Part shown: piece after piece, positions 13,901-25,800 of the stretch | Position numbering within the stretch: the first letter of the stretch is position 1 | Layout: each line of letters begins with the position of its first letter | Assembly (NCBI GenBank): GCA_964016885.1 | Contig: OZ024746.1 | Span: 52,824,001-52,888,000, forward strand | DNA from: Eledone cirrhosa | Lineage: Eukaryota | Direction of reading: 5' to 3' | DNA length: 64,000 bases | Notes under the pieces: model-generated | The model's database searches: none | Seen by the model: the letters and a program-made list of their open reading frames with translations, nothing else | Told to the model about the DNA's origin: nothing | Made by a program: the position numbers and the translations under genes

Positions 13901-16900
13901 ATTGTAGTTAGTGGTTTTTGTGATGGTAGTGTTGTTGTTGTTATTGTAGTTAGTGGTTGCTGTGATGGTAGTGTTGTTGTTGTTGTTGTTATTGTAGTTA
14001 GTGGTTGCTGAGATAATAGTGTTGTTGTTGTTGTTATTGTAGTTAGTGGTTGCTGAGATGGTAGTGTTGTTGTTGTTGTTATTGTAGTTAGTGGTTTTTG
14101 TGATGGTAGTGTTGTTGTTGTTGTTATTGTAGTTAGTGGTTGCTGTGATGGTAGTGTTGTTGTTGTTATTGTAGTTAGTGGTTGCTGAGATGGTAGTGTT
14201 GTTGTTGTCGTTATTGTAGTTAGAGGTTGCTGTGATGGTAGTGTTGTTGTTGATGTTATTGTAGTTAGTGGTTGCTGAGATAATAGTGTTGTTGTTGTTG
14301 TTATTATAGTTAGTGGTTGCTGAGATGGTAGTGTTGTTGTTGTTATTGTAGTTAGTGGTTGCTGAGATGGTAGTGTTGTTGTTGTTATTGTAGTTAGTGG
14401 TTTCTGTGATGGTAGTGTTGTTGTTGTTGTTGTTATTGTAGTTAGTGGTTCCTGAGATAATAGTGTTGTTGTTGTTGTTATTGTAGTGAGTGGTTGCTGA
14501 GATGGTAGTGTTGTTGTTGTTGTTATTGTAGTTAGTGGTTTCTGTGATGGTAGTGTTGTTGTTGTTGTTATTGTAGTTAGTGGTTGCTGAGATAATAGTG
14601 TTGTTGTTGTTGTTATTGTAGTTAGTGGTTGCTGAGATGGTAGTGTTGTTGTTGTTGTTATTGTAGTTAGTGGTTGCTGAGATGGTAGTGTTGTTGTTGT
14701 TGTTATTGTAGTTAGTGGTTTCTGTGATGGTAGTGTTGTTGTTGTTGTTATTGTAGTTAGTGGTTGCTGTGATGGTAGTGTTGTTGTTGTTATTAGGGTT
14801 AGTGGTTGCTGTGATGGTAGTGTTGTTGTTGATGTTATTGTAGTTAGTGGTTTCTGTGATGGTAGTGTTGTTGTTGTTATTGTAGTTAGTGGTTGCTGAG
14901 ATGGTAGTGTTGTTGTTGTGGTTATTGTAGTTAGTGGTTGCTGAGATGGTAGTGTTGTTGTTGTTATTGTAGCTAGTGGTTGCTGTGATGGTAGTGTTGT
15001 TGTTGTTATTGTAGTTAGTGGTTGCTATGATGGTAGTGATGTTGTTGTTATTGTAGCTAGTGGTTGCTGCGTTGGTAGTGTTGTTGTTGTTATTGTAGTT
15101 AGTGGTTGCTATGCTGGTAGTGTTGTTGTTGTTATTGTAGCTAGTGGTTGATATGATGGTAGTGTTTTTGTTGTTATTGTAGTTAGTGGTTGCTGAGATG
15201 GTAGTGTTGTTGTTGTTATTGTAGTTAGTGGTTGCTGTGATGGTAGTGTTGTTGTTGTTATTGTAGTTAGTGTTTGCTGAGATGGTAGTGTTGTTGTTGT
15301 TTTTATTGTAGTTAGTGTTTGCTGAGATGGTAGTGTTGTTGTTGTTTTTATTGTAGTTAGTGGTTGCTGAGATGGTAGTGTTGTTGTTGTTGTTATTGTA
15401 GTTAGTGGTTTCTGTGATGGTAGTGTTGTTGTTGTTGTTATTGTAGTTAGAGGTTGCTGAGATGGTAGTGTTGTTGTTGTTGTTGTTGTTATTGTAGTTA
15501 GTGGTTTCTGTGATGGTAGTGTTGTTGTTGTTATTGTAGTTAGTGGTTGCTGAGATGGTAGTGTTGTTGTTGTTGTTATTGTAGTTATAGGTTGCTGTGA
15601 TGGTAGTGTTGTTGTTGTTGTTATTATAGTTAGTGGTTTCTGTGATGGTAGTGTTGTTGTAGTTAGTGGTTGATGTGATGGTAGTGTTGTTATTGTTATT
15701 GTAGTTAGTGGTTGTTGTGATGGTAGTGTTGTTGTTGTTGTTGTAATTAGTGGTTGATGTGATTGTAGTGTTCTTGTTGTTATTGTAGTTAGTGGTTGTT
15801 GTGATGGTAGTGTTGTTGTTGTTGTTGTAGTTAGTGGTTGATGTGATGGTAGTGTTGTTGTTGTTATTGTAGTTAGTGGTTGTTGTGATGGTAGTGTTGT
15901 TATTGTTGTTGTAGTTAGTGGTTGATGTGATGGTAGTGTTGTTAGTGTTATTGTAGTTAGTGGTTGTTGTGATGGTAGTGTTGTTGTTGTTGTTATTCTA
16001 GTTAGCAGTTGCTGTGATGGTAGTGTTGTTGTTGTTGTTATTGTAGTTAGTGGTTTCTGTGATGGTAGTGTTGTTGTTGTTATTGTAGTTAGTGGTTGCT
16101 GAGATGGTAGTGTTGTTGTTGTTATTGTAGTTAGTGGTTGCTGAGATGGTAGTGGTGTCGTTGTTGTTATTGTAGTTAGTTGTTGCTGTGATGGTAGTGT
16201 TGTTGTTGTTGTTATTGTAGTTAGAGGTTGCTGAGATGGTAGTGTTGTCGTTGTTGTTATTGTAGTTAGTGGTTGCTGAGATGGTAGTGTTGTTGTTGTT
16301 GTTGTTATTGTAGTTAGAGGTTGCTGAGATGGTAGTGTTGTTGTTATTCTAGTTAGTGGTTGCTGTGATGGTAGTGTTGTTGTTATTATTGTAGTTAGAG
16401 GTTGCTGAGATGGTAGTGTTGTTGTTGTTATTCTAGTTAGTGGTTGCTGTGATGGTAGTGTTGTTGTTGTTGTTATTCTAGTTAGTGGTTGATGTGATGG
16501 TAGTGTTGTTAGTGTTATTGTAGTTAGTGGTTGTTGTGATGGTAGTGTTGTTGTTGTCGTTGTAGTTAGTAGTTGTTGTGATGGTAGTGTTGTTGTTATT
16601 GTTATTGTAGTTAGAGATTGCTGTGATGGTAGTGTTGTTGTTGTTATTGTAGTTAGTGGTTGCTGAGATGGTAGTGTTGTTGTTGTTTTTATTGTAGTTA
16701 GTGGTTGCTGAGATGGTAGTGTTGTTGTTGTTGTTGTTATTGTAGTTTGTGGTATCTGTGATGGTAGTGTTGTTGTTGTTGTTATTGTAGTTAGTGGTTG
16801 CTGAGATGATAGTGTTGTTGTTGTTGTTATTGTAGTTAGTGGTTGCTGAGATGGTAGTGTTGTTGTTGTTGTTATTGTAGTTAGTGGTTTTTGTGATGGT

Positions 16901-19900
16901 AGTGTTGTTGTTGTTATTGTAGTTAGTGGTTGCTGTGATGGTAGTGTTGTTGTTGTTGTTGTTATTGTAGTTAGTGGTTGCTGAGATAATAGTGTTGTTG
17001 TTGTTGTTATTGTAGTTAGTGGTTGCTGAGATGGTAGTGTTGTTGTTGTTGTTATTGTAGTTAGTGGTTTTTGTGATGGTAGTGTTGTTGTTGTTGTTAT
17101 TATAGTTAGTGGTTGCTGTGATGGTAGTGTTGTTGTTGTTATTGTAGTTAGTGGTTGCTGAGATGGTAGTGTTGTTGTTGTCGTTATTGTAGTTAGAGGT
17201 TGCTGTGATGGTAGTGTTGTTGTTGATGTTATTGTAGTTAGTGGTTGCTGAGATAATAGTGTTGTTGTTGTTGTTATTATAGTTAGTGGTTGCTGAGATG
17301 GTAGTGTTGTTGTTGTTATTGTAGTGAGTGGTTGCTGAGATGGTAGTGTTGTTGTTGTTGTTATTGTAGTTAGTGGTTTCTGTGATGGTAGTGTTGTTGT
17401 TGTTGTTATTGTAGTTAGTGGTTGCTGAGATAATAGTGTTGTTGTTGTTGTTATTGTAGTTAGTGGTTGCTGAGATGGTAGTGTTGTTGTTGTTGTTATT
17501 GTAGTTAGTGGTTGCTGAGATGGTAGTGTTGTTGTTGTTGTTATTGTAGTTAGTGGTTTCTGTGATGGTAGTGTTGTTGTTGTTGTTATTGTAGTTAGTG
17601 GTTGCTGTGATGGTAGTGTTGTTGTTGTTATTAGGGTTAGTGGTTGCTGTGATGGTAGTGTTGTTGTTGATGTTATTGTAGTTAGTGGTTTCTGTGATGG
17701 TAGTGTTGTTGTTGTTATTGTAGTTAGTGGTTGCTGAGATGGTAGTGTTGTTGTTGTGGTTATTGTAGTTAGTGGTTGCTGAGATGGTAGTGTTGTTGTT
17801 GTTATTGTAGCTAGTGGTTGCTGTGATGGTAGTGTTGTTGTTGTTATTGTAGTTAGTGGTTGCTATGATGGTAGTGATGTTGTTGTTATTGTAGCTAGTG
17901 GTTGCTGCGTTGGTAGTGTTGTTGTTGTTATTGTAGTTAGTGGTTGCTATGCTGGTAGTGTTGTTGTTGTTATTGTAGCTAGTGGTTGATATGATGGTAG
18001 TGTTTTTGTTGTTATTGTAGTTAGTGGTTGCTATGATGGTAGTGTTGTTGTTGTTATTGTAGTAAGAGGTTGCTATAATGGTAGTGTTGTTGTTGTTATT
18101 GTAGTTAGTGGTTGCTATGATGGTAGTGTTGTTGTTGTTATTGTAGCTAGTGGTTGCTGAGATGGTAGTGTTGTTGTTGTTGTTATTGTTGTTAGTGGTT
18201 GCTGAGATGGTAGTGTTGTTGTTGTTGTTATTGTAGTTAGTGGTTGCTGTGATGGTAGTGTTGTTGTTGTTATTGTAGTTAGAGGTTGCTGTGATGGTAG
18301 TGTTGTTGTTGTTATTGTAGTTAGTGTTTGCTGAGATGGTAGTTTTGTTGTTGTTTTTATTGTAGTTAGTGTTTGCTGAGATGGTAGTGTTGTTGTTGTT
18401 TTTATTGTAGTTAGTGGTTGCTGAGATGGTAGTGTTGTTGTTGTTGTTATTGTAGTTAGTGGTTTCTGTGATGGTAGTGTTGTTGTTGTTGTTATTGTAG
18501 TTAGTGGTTGCTGTGATGGTAGTGTTGTTGTTGTTATTGTAGTTAGTGGTTGCTGTGATGGTAGTGTTGTTGTTGTTATTGTAGTTAGTGTTTGCTGAGA
18601 TGGTAGTGTTGTTGTTGTTTTTATTGTAGTTAGTGTTTGCTGAGATCGTAGTGTTGTTGTTGTTGTTATTGTAGTTAGTGGTTGCTGAGATGGTAGTGTT
18701 GTTGTTGTTGTTATTGTAGTTAGTGGTTTCTGTGATGGTAGTGTTGTTGTTGTTGTTATTGTAGTTAGAGGTTGCTGAGATGGTAGTGTTGTTGTTGTTG
18801 TTGTTGTTATTGTAGTTAGTGGTTTCTGTGATGGTAGTGTTGTTGTTGTTATTGTAGTTAGTAGTTGCTGAGATGGTAGTGTTGTTGTTGTTGTTATTGT
18901 AGTTAGAGGTTGCTGTGATGGTAGTGTTGTTGTTGTTGTTATTGTAGTTAGTGGTTTCTGTGATGGTAGTGTTGTTGTTGTTATTGTAGTTAGTGGTTGC
19001 TGAGATAATAGTGTTGTTGTTGTTGTTATTGTAGTTAGTGTTTGCTGAGATGGTAGTGTTGTTGTTGTTGTTATTGTAGTTAGTGGTTTCTGTGATGGTA
19101 GTGTTGTTGTTGTTGTTATTGTAGTTAGTGGTTGCTGTGATGGTAGTATTGTTGTTGTTATTGTAGTTAGTGGTTGCTGTGATGGTAGTGTTGTTGTTGT
19201 TGTTATAGGTAGTTAGTGGCTGCTGAGATGGTAGTGTTGTTGTTGTTGTTATTGTAGTTAGTGGTTTCTGTGATGGTAGTGTTGTTGTTGTTGTTATTGT
19301 AGTTAAAGGTTGCTGTGATGGTAGTGTTGTTGTTGTTATTCTAGTTAGTGGTTGCTGTGATGGTAGTGTTGTTGTTGTTGTTATTGTAGTTAGTGGTTTC
19401 TGTGATGGTAGTGTTGTTGTTGTTATTGTAGTTAGTGGTTGCTGAGATGGTAGTGTTGTTGTTGTTGTTGTTGTAGTTAGTGGTTGCTGAGATGGTAGTG
19501 TTGTTGTTGTTGTTATTGTAGTTAGAGTTTGCTGAGATGGTTGTATTGTTGTTGTTGTTATTGTAGTTAGTGGTTGCTGAGATGGTAGTGTTGTTGTTGT
19601 TGTTATTGTAGTTAGAGGTTGCTGAGATGGTAGTGTTGTTGTTGTTATTCTAGTTAGTGGTTGCTGTGATGGTAGTGTTGTTGTTATTATTGTAGTTAGA
19701 GGTTGCTGAGATGGTAGTGTTGTTGTTGTTGTTGTTGTTATTGTAGTTAGTGGTTTCTGTGATGGTAGTGTTGTTGTTGTTATTGTAGTTAGTGGTTGCT
19801 GAGATGGTAGTGTTGTTGTTGTTGTTATTGTAGTTAGAGGTTGCTGTGATGGTAGTGTTGTTGTTGTTGTTGTTATTGTAGTTAGTGGTTTCTGTGATGG

Positions 19901-20950
19901 TAGTGTTGTTGTTGTTATTGTAGTTAGTGGTTGCTGAGATAATAGTGTTGTTGTTGTTGTTATTGTAGTTAGTGGTTGCTGAGATGGTAGTGTTGTTGTT
20001 GTTGTTATTGTAGTTAGTGGTTGCTGAGATGGTAGTGTTGTTGTTGTTGTTATTGTAGTTAGTGGTTTCTGTGATGGTAGTGTTGTTGTTGTTGTTATTG
20101 TAGTTAGTGGTTGCTGTGGTGGTAGTGTTGTTGTTGTTATTGTAGTTAGAGGTTGCTGAGATGGTAGTGTTGTTGTTGTTATTGTAGTTAGTGGTTGCTG
20201 TGATGGTAGTGTTGTTGTTGTTATTGTAGTTAGTGTTTGCTGAGATGGTAGTGTTGTTGTTGTTTTTATTGTAGTTAGTGTTTGCTGAGATGGTAGTGTT
20301 GTTGTTGTTTTTATTGTAGTTAGTGGTTGCTGAGATGGTAGTGTTGTTGTTGTTGTTATTGTAGTTAGTGGTTTCTGTGATGGTAGTGTTGTTGTTGTTG
20401 TTATTGTAGTTAGAGGTTGCTGAGATGGTAGTGTTGTTGTTGTTGTTGTTGTTATTGTAGTTAGTGGTTTCTGTGATGGTAGTGTTGTTGTTGTTATTGT
20501 AGTTAGTGGTTGCTGAGATGGTAGTGTTGTTGTTGTTGTTATTGTAGTTATAGGTTGCTGTGATGGTAGTGTTGTTGTTGTTGTTATTATAGTTAGTGGT
20601 TTCTGTGATGGTAGTGTTGTTGTAGTTAGTGGTTGATGTGATGGTAGTGTTGTTATTGTTATTGTAGTTAGTGGTTGTTGTGATGGTAGTGTTGTTGTTG
20701 TTGTTGTAATTAGTGGTTGATGTGATTGTAGTGTTCTTGTTGTTATTGTAGTTAGTGGTTGTTGTGATGGTAGTGTTGTTGTTGTTGTTGTAGTTAGTGG
20801 TTGATGTGATGGTAGTGTTGTTGTTGTTATTGTAGTTAGTGGTTGTTGTGATGGTAGTGTTGTTATTGTTGTTGTAGTTAGTGGTTGATGTGATGGTAGT
20901 GTTGTTAGTGTTATTGTAGTTAGTGGTTGTTGTGATGGTAGTGTTGTTGT
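7950..20950 (+). repeat. Large segmental tandem duplication with ABC-AC-ABC structure (5050-bp unit, middle copy lacking ~2.08 kb)
   Basis: AGCAGTTG at 7981/13031/16004; ATCTGTG at 8731/13781/16754; TATTAGGG at 9741/14791/17629; GCTGCGTT at 10016/15066/17904. B-only markers: ATAGG at 11315/19206 and TGCTGTGGTG at 12221/20112 (offset 7891). Confidence 0.9.
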
Positions 20951-22800
20951 TGTCGTTGTAGTTAGTAGTTGTTGTGATGGTAGTGTTGTTGTTATTGTTA
21001 TTGTAGTTAGAGATTGCTGTGATGGTAGTGTTGTTGTTGTTATTGTAGTTAGTGGTTGCTGAGATGGTAGTGTTGTTGTTGTTTTTATTGTAGTTAGTGG
21101 TTGCTGAGATGGTAGTTATGTTGTTGTTGTTATTGTAGTTTGTGGTTTCTGTGATGGTAGTGTTGTTGTTGTTGTTATTGTAGTTAGTGGTTGCTGAGAT
21201 GGTAGTGTTGTTGTTGTTGTTATTGTAGTTATTGGTTTCTGTGATGGTGGTGTTGTAGTTGTTGTTATTGTAGTTAGTGTTTGCTGATGTGGTAGTGTTG
21301 TTGTTGTTGTTATTGTAGTTAGTGGTTGCTGAGATGGTAGTGTTGTTGTTGTTGTTATTGTAGTTAGTGGTTGCTGAGATGGTAGTGTTGTTGTTGATGT
21401 TATTGTAGTTAGTGGTTGCTGAGATGGTAGTGTGGTTGCTGAGATGGTAGTGTTGTTGTTGTTGTTATTGTAGTTAGTGATTTTTGTGATGGTTGTGTTG
21501 TTGTTGTTGTTATTGTAGTTAGTGGTTGCTGTGATGGTAGTGTTGTTGTTGTTATTGTAGTTAGAGGTTGCTGAGATGGTAGTGTTGTTGTTGTTATTGT
21601 AGTTAGTGGTTGCTGTGATGGTAGTGTTGTTGTTGTTATTGTAGTTAGTGTTTGCTGAGATGGTAGTGTTGTTGTTGTTTTTATTGTAGTTAGTGTTTGC
21701 TGAGATGGTAGTGTTGTTGTTGTTTTTATTGTAGTTAGTGGTTGCTGAGATGGTAGTGTTGTTGTTGTTGTTATTGTAGTTAGTGGTTTCTGTGATGGTA
21801 GTGTTGTTGTTATTGTTATTGTAGTTAGAGGTTGCTGTGATGGTAGTGTTGTTGTTGTTGTTGTTGTTATTGTAGTTAGTGGTTTCTGTGATGGTAGTGT
21901 TGTTGTTGTTATTGTAGTTAGTGGTTGCTGAGATGGTAGTGTTGTTGTTGTTGTTATTGTAGTTATAGGTTGCTGTGATGGTAGTGTTGTTGTTGTTGTT
22001 ATTATAGTTAGTGGTTTCTGTGATGGTAGTGTTGTTATTGTTATTGTAGTTAGTGGTTGTTGTAATGGTAGTGTTGTTGTTGTTGTTGTAATTAGTGGTT
22101 GATGTGATTGTAGTGTTCTTGTTGTTATTGTAGTTAGTGGTTGTTGTGATGGTAGTGTTGTTGTTGTTGTTGTAGTTAGTGGTTGATGTGATGGTAGTGT
22201 TGTTGTTGTTATTGTAGTTAGTGGTTGTTGTGATGGTAGTGTTGTTGTTGTTGTTGTAGTTAGTGGTTGATGTGATGGTAGTGTTGTTAGTGTTATTGTA
22301 GTTAGTGGTTGTTGTGATGGTAGTGTTGTTGTTGTCGTTGTAGTTAGTAGTTGTTGTGATGGTAGTGTTGTTGTTATTGTTATTGTAGTTAGAGATTGCT
22401 GTGATGGTAGTGTTGTTGTTGTTATTGTAGTTAGTGGTTGCTGGGATGGTAGTGTTGTTGTTGTTTTTATTGTAGTTAGTGGTTGCTGAGATGGTAGTTA
22501 TGTTGTTGTTGTTATTGTAGTTTGTGGTTTCTGTGATGGTAGTGTTGTTGTTGTTGTTATTGTAGTTAGTGGTTGCTGAGATGGTAGTGTTGTTGTTGTT
22601 TTTATTGTAGTTATTGGTTTCTGTGATGGTAGTGTTGTAGTTGTTGTTATTGTAGTTAGTGTTTGCTGATGTGGTAGTGTTGTTGTTGTTGTTATTGTAG
22701 TTAGTGGTTGCTGAGATGGTAGTGTTGTTGTTGTTGTTATTGTAGTTAGTGGTTGCTGAGATGGTAGTGTTGTTGTTGATGTTATTGTAGTTAGTGGTTG
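20150..22800 (+). repeat. Tandem duplication of ~1.38-kb block
   Basis: GGTAGTTATG at 21111/22493 and GCTGATGTGG at 21283/22665 (offset 1382); TATAGGTTG near 20551/21966. Confidence 0.85.
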
Positions 22801-25800
22801 CTGAGATGGTAGTGTTGTTGTTGTTGTTATTGTAGTTAGTGGTTGCTGTGATTGTAGTGTTGTTGTTGTTGTTATTGTAGTTAGAGGTTGCTGAGATGGT
22901 AGTGTTGTTGTTGATGTTATTGTAGTTAGTGGTTGCTGAGATGGTAGTGTTGTTGTTGTTGTTATTGTAGTTAGTGGTTGCTGTGATTGTAGTGTTGTTG
23001 TTGTTGTTATTGTAGTTAGAGGTTGCTGAGATCGTAGTGTTGTTGTTGTTGTTATTGTAGTTAGTGGTTGCTGAGATGGTAGTGTTGTTGTTGTTGTTAT
23101 TGTAGTTAGAGGTTGCTGAGATGGTAGTGTTGTTGTTGTTATTCTAGTTAGTGGTTGCTGTGATGGTAGTGTTGTTGTTATTATTGTAGTTAGAGGTTGC
23201 TGAGATGGTAGTGTTGTTGTTGTTATTCTAGTTAGTGGTTGCTGTGATGGTAGTGTTGTTGTTGTTGTTATTGTAGTTAGTGGTTGCTGTGATGGTAGTG
23301 TTGTTGTTGTTGTTATTGTAGTTAGTGGTTGCTGAGATAATAGTGTTGTTGTTGTTGTTATTGTAGTTAGTGGTTGCTGAGATGATAGTGTTGTTGTTGT
23401 TGTTGTTATTGTAGTTAGTGGTTGCTGAGATGGTAGTGTTGTTGTTGTTGTTATTGTAGTTAGTGATTTTTGTGATGGTAGTGTTGTTGTTGTTGTTATT
23501 GTAGTTAGTGGTTGCTGTGATGGTAGTGTTGTTGTTGTTATTGTAGTTAGTGGTTGCTGAGATGGTAGTGTTGCTGTTGTTGTTATTGTAGTTAGTGGTT
23601 GCAGAGATGGTAGTGTTGTTGTTGTTGTTATTCTAGTTAGTGGTTGCTGTGATGGTAGTGTTGTTGTTGTTGTTATTGTAGTTAGTGGTTTTTATGATGG
23701 TAGTGTTGTTGTTGTTGTTATTCTAGTTAGCGGTTGCTGTGATGGTAGTGTTGTTGTTGTTGTTATTTTAGTTAGTGGTTTCTGTGATGGTAGTGTTGTT
23801 GTTGTTATTGTAGTTAGTGGTTGCTGAGATGGTAGTGTTGTTGTTGTTATTGTAGTTAGTGGTGGCTGAGATGGTAGTGTTGTCGTTGTTGTTATTGTAG
23901 TTAGTGGTTGCTGTGATGGTAGTGTTGTTGTTGTTGTTATTGTAGTTAGAGGTTGCTGAGATGGTAGTGTTGTCGTTGTTGTTATTGTAGTTAGTGGTTG
24001 CTGAGATGGTAGTGTTGTTGTTGTGATTCTAGTTAGTGGTTGCTGTGATGGTAGTGTTGTTGTTATTATTGTAGTTAGAGGTTGCTGAGATGGTAGTGTT
24101 GTTGTTGTTATTCTAGTTAGTGGTTGCTGTGATGGTAGTGTTGTTGTTGTTGTTATTGTAGTTAGTGGTTTCTGTGATGGTAGTGTTGTTGTTGTGATTC
24201 TAGTTAGTGGTTGCTGTGATGGTAGTGTTGTTGTTATTATTGTAGTTAGAGGTTGCTGAGATGGTAGTGTTGTTGTTGTTATTCTAGTTAGTGGTTGCTG
24301 TGATGGTAGTGTTGTTGTTGTTGTTATTGTAGTTAGTGGTTTCTGTGATGGTAGTGTTGTTGTTGTTATTGTAGTTAGAGATTGCTGAGATGGTAGTGTT
24401 GTTGTTGTTGTTAGTGGTTGCTGTGATGTTAGTGTTGTTGTTGTTATTGTAGTTAGTGGTTGTTGTGATGGTAATGTTGTTGTTGTTGTTATTGTAGTTA
24501 GTGGTTGTTGTGATGGTAGTGTTGTTGTTGTTGTTATTGTAGTTAGTGGTTGCTGAGATGGTAGTGTTGTTGTTGTTGTTATTGTAGTTAGTGGTTGCTG
24601 TGATTGTAGTGTTGTTGTTGTTGTTATTGTAGTTAGAGGTTGCTGAGATGGTAGTGTTGTTGTTGATGTTATTGTAGTTAGTGGTTGCTGAGATGGTAGT
24701 GTTGTTGTTGTTGTTATTGTAGTTAGTGGTTGCTCTGATTGTAGTGTTGTTGTTGTTGTTATTGTAGTTAGAGGTTGCTGAGATCGTAGTGTTGTTGTTG
24801 TTGTTATTGTAGTTGTGGTTGCTGAGATGGTAGTGTTGTTGTTGTTGTTATTGTAGTTAGAGGTTGCTGAGATGGTAGTGTTGTTGTTGTTATTCTAGTT
24901 AGTGGTTGCTGTGATGGTAGTGTTGTTGTTATTATTGTAGTTAGAGGTTGCTGAGATGGTAGTGTTGTTGTTGTTATTCTAGTTAGTGGTTGCTGTGATG
25001 GTAGTGTTGTTGTTGTTGTTATTGTAGTTAGTGGTTGCTGTGATGGTAGTGTTGTTGTTGTTGTTATTGTAGTTAGTGGTTGCTGAGATAATAGTGTTGT
25101 TGTTGTTGTTATTGTAGTTAGTGGTTGCTGAGATGATAGTGTTGTTGTTGTTGTTATTGTAGTTAGTGGTTGCTGAGATGGTAGTGTTGTTGTTGTTGTT
25201 ATTGTAGTTAGTGATTTTTGTGATGGTAGTGTTGTTGTTGTTGTTATTGTAGTTAGTGGTTGCTGTGATGGTAGTGTTGTTGTTGTTATTGTAGTTAGTG
25301 GTTGCTGAGATGGTAGTGTTGCTGTTGTTGTTATTGTAGTTAGTGGTTGCAGAGATGGTAGTGTTGTTGTTGTTGTTATTCTAGTTAGTGGTTGCTGTGA
25401 TGGTAGTGTTGTTGTTGTTGTTATTGTAGTTAGTGGTTTTTATGATGGTAGTGTTGTTGTTGTTGTTATTCTAGTTAGCGGTTGCTGTGATGGTAGTGTT
25501 GTTGTTGTTGTTATTTTAGTTAGTGGTTTCTGTGATGGTAGTGTTGTTGTTGTTATTGTAGTTAGTAGTTGCTGAGATGGTAGTGTTGTTGTTGTTGTTA
25601 TTGTAGTTAGTGGTTGCTGAGATGGTAGTGTTGTCGTTGTTGTTATTGTAGTTAGTGGTTGCTGTGATGGTAGTGTTGTTGTTGTTGTTATTGTAGTTAG
25701 AGGTTGCTGAGATGGTAGTGTTGTCGTTGTTGTTATTGTAGTTAGTGGTTGCTGAGATGGTAGTGTTGTTGTTGTGATTCTAGTTAGTGGTTGCTGTGAT

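Noticed and set aside
9741-17640. TTAGGG telomeric hexamers at ~9743, 14793, 17631
   Set aside because: They are single isolated hexamers from one monomer variant copied by the 5-kb duplication, not a telomeric tract.
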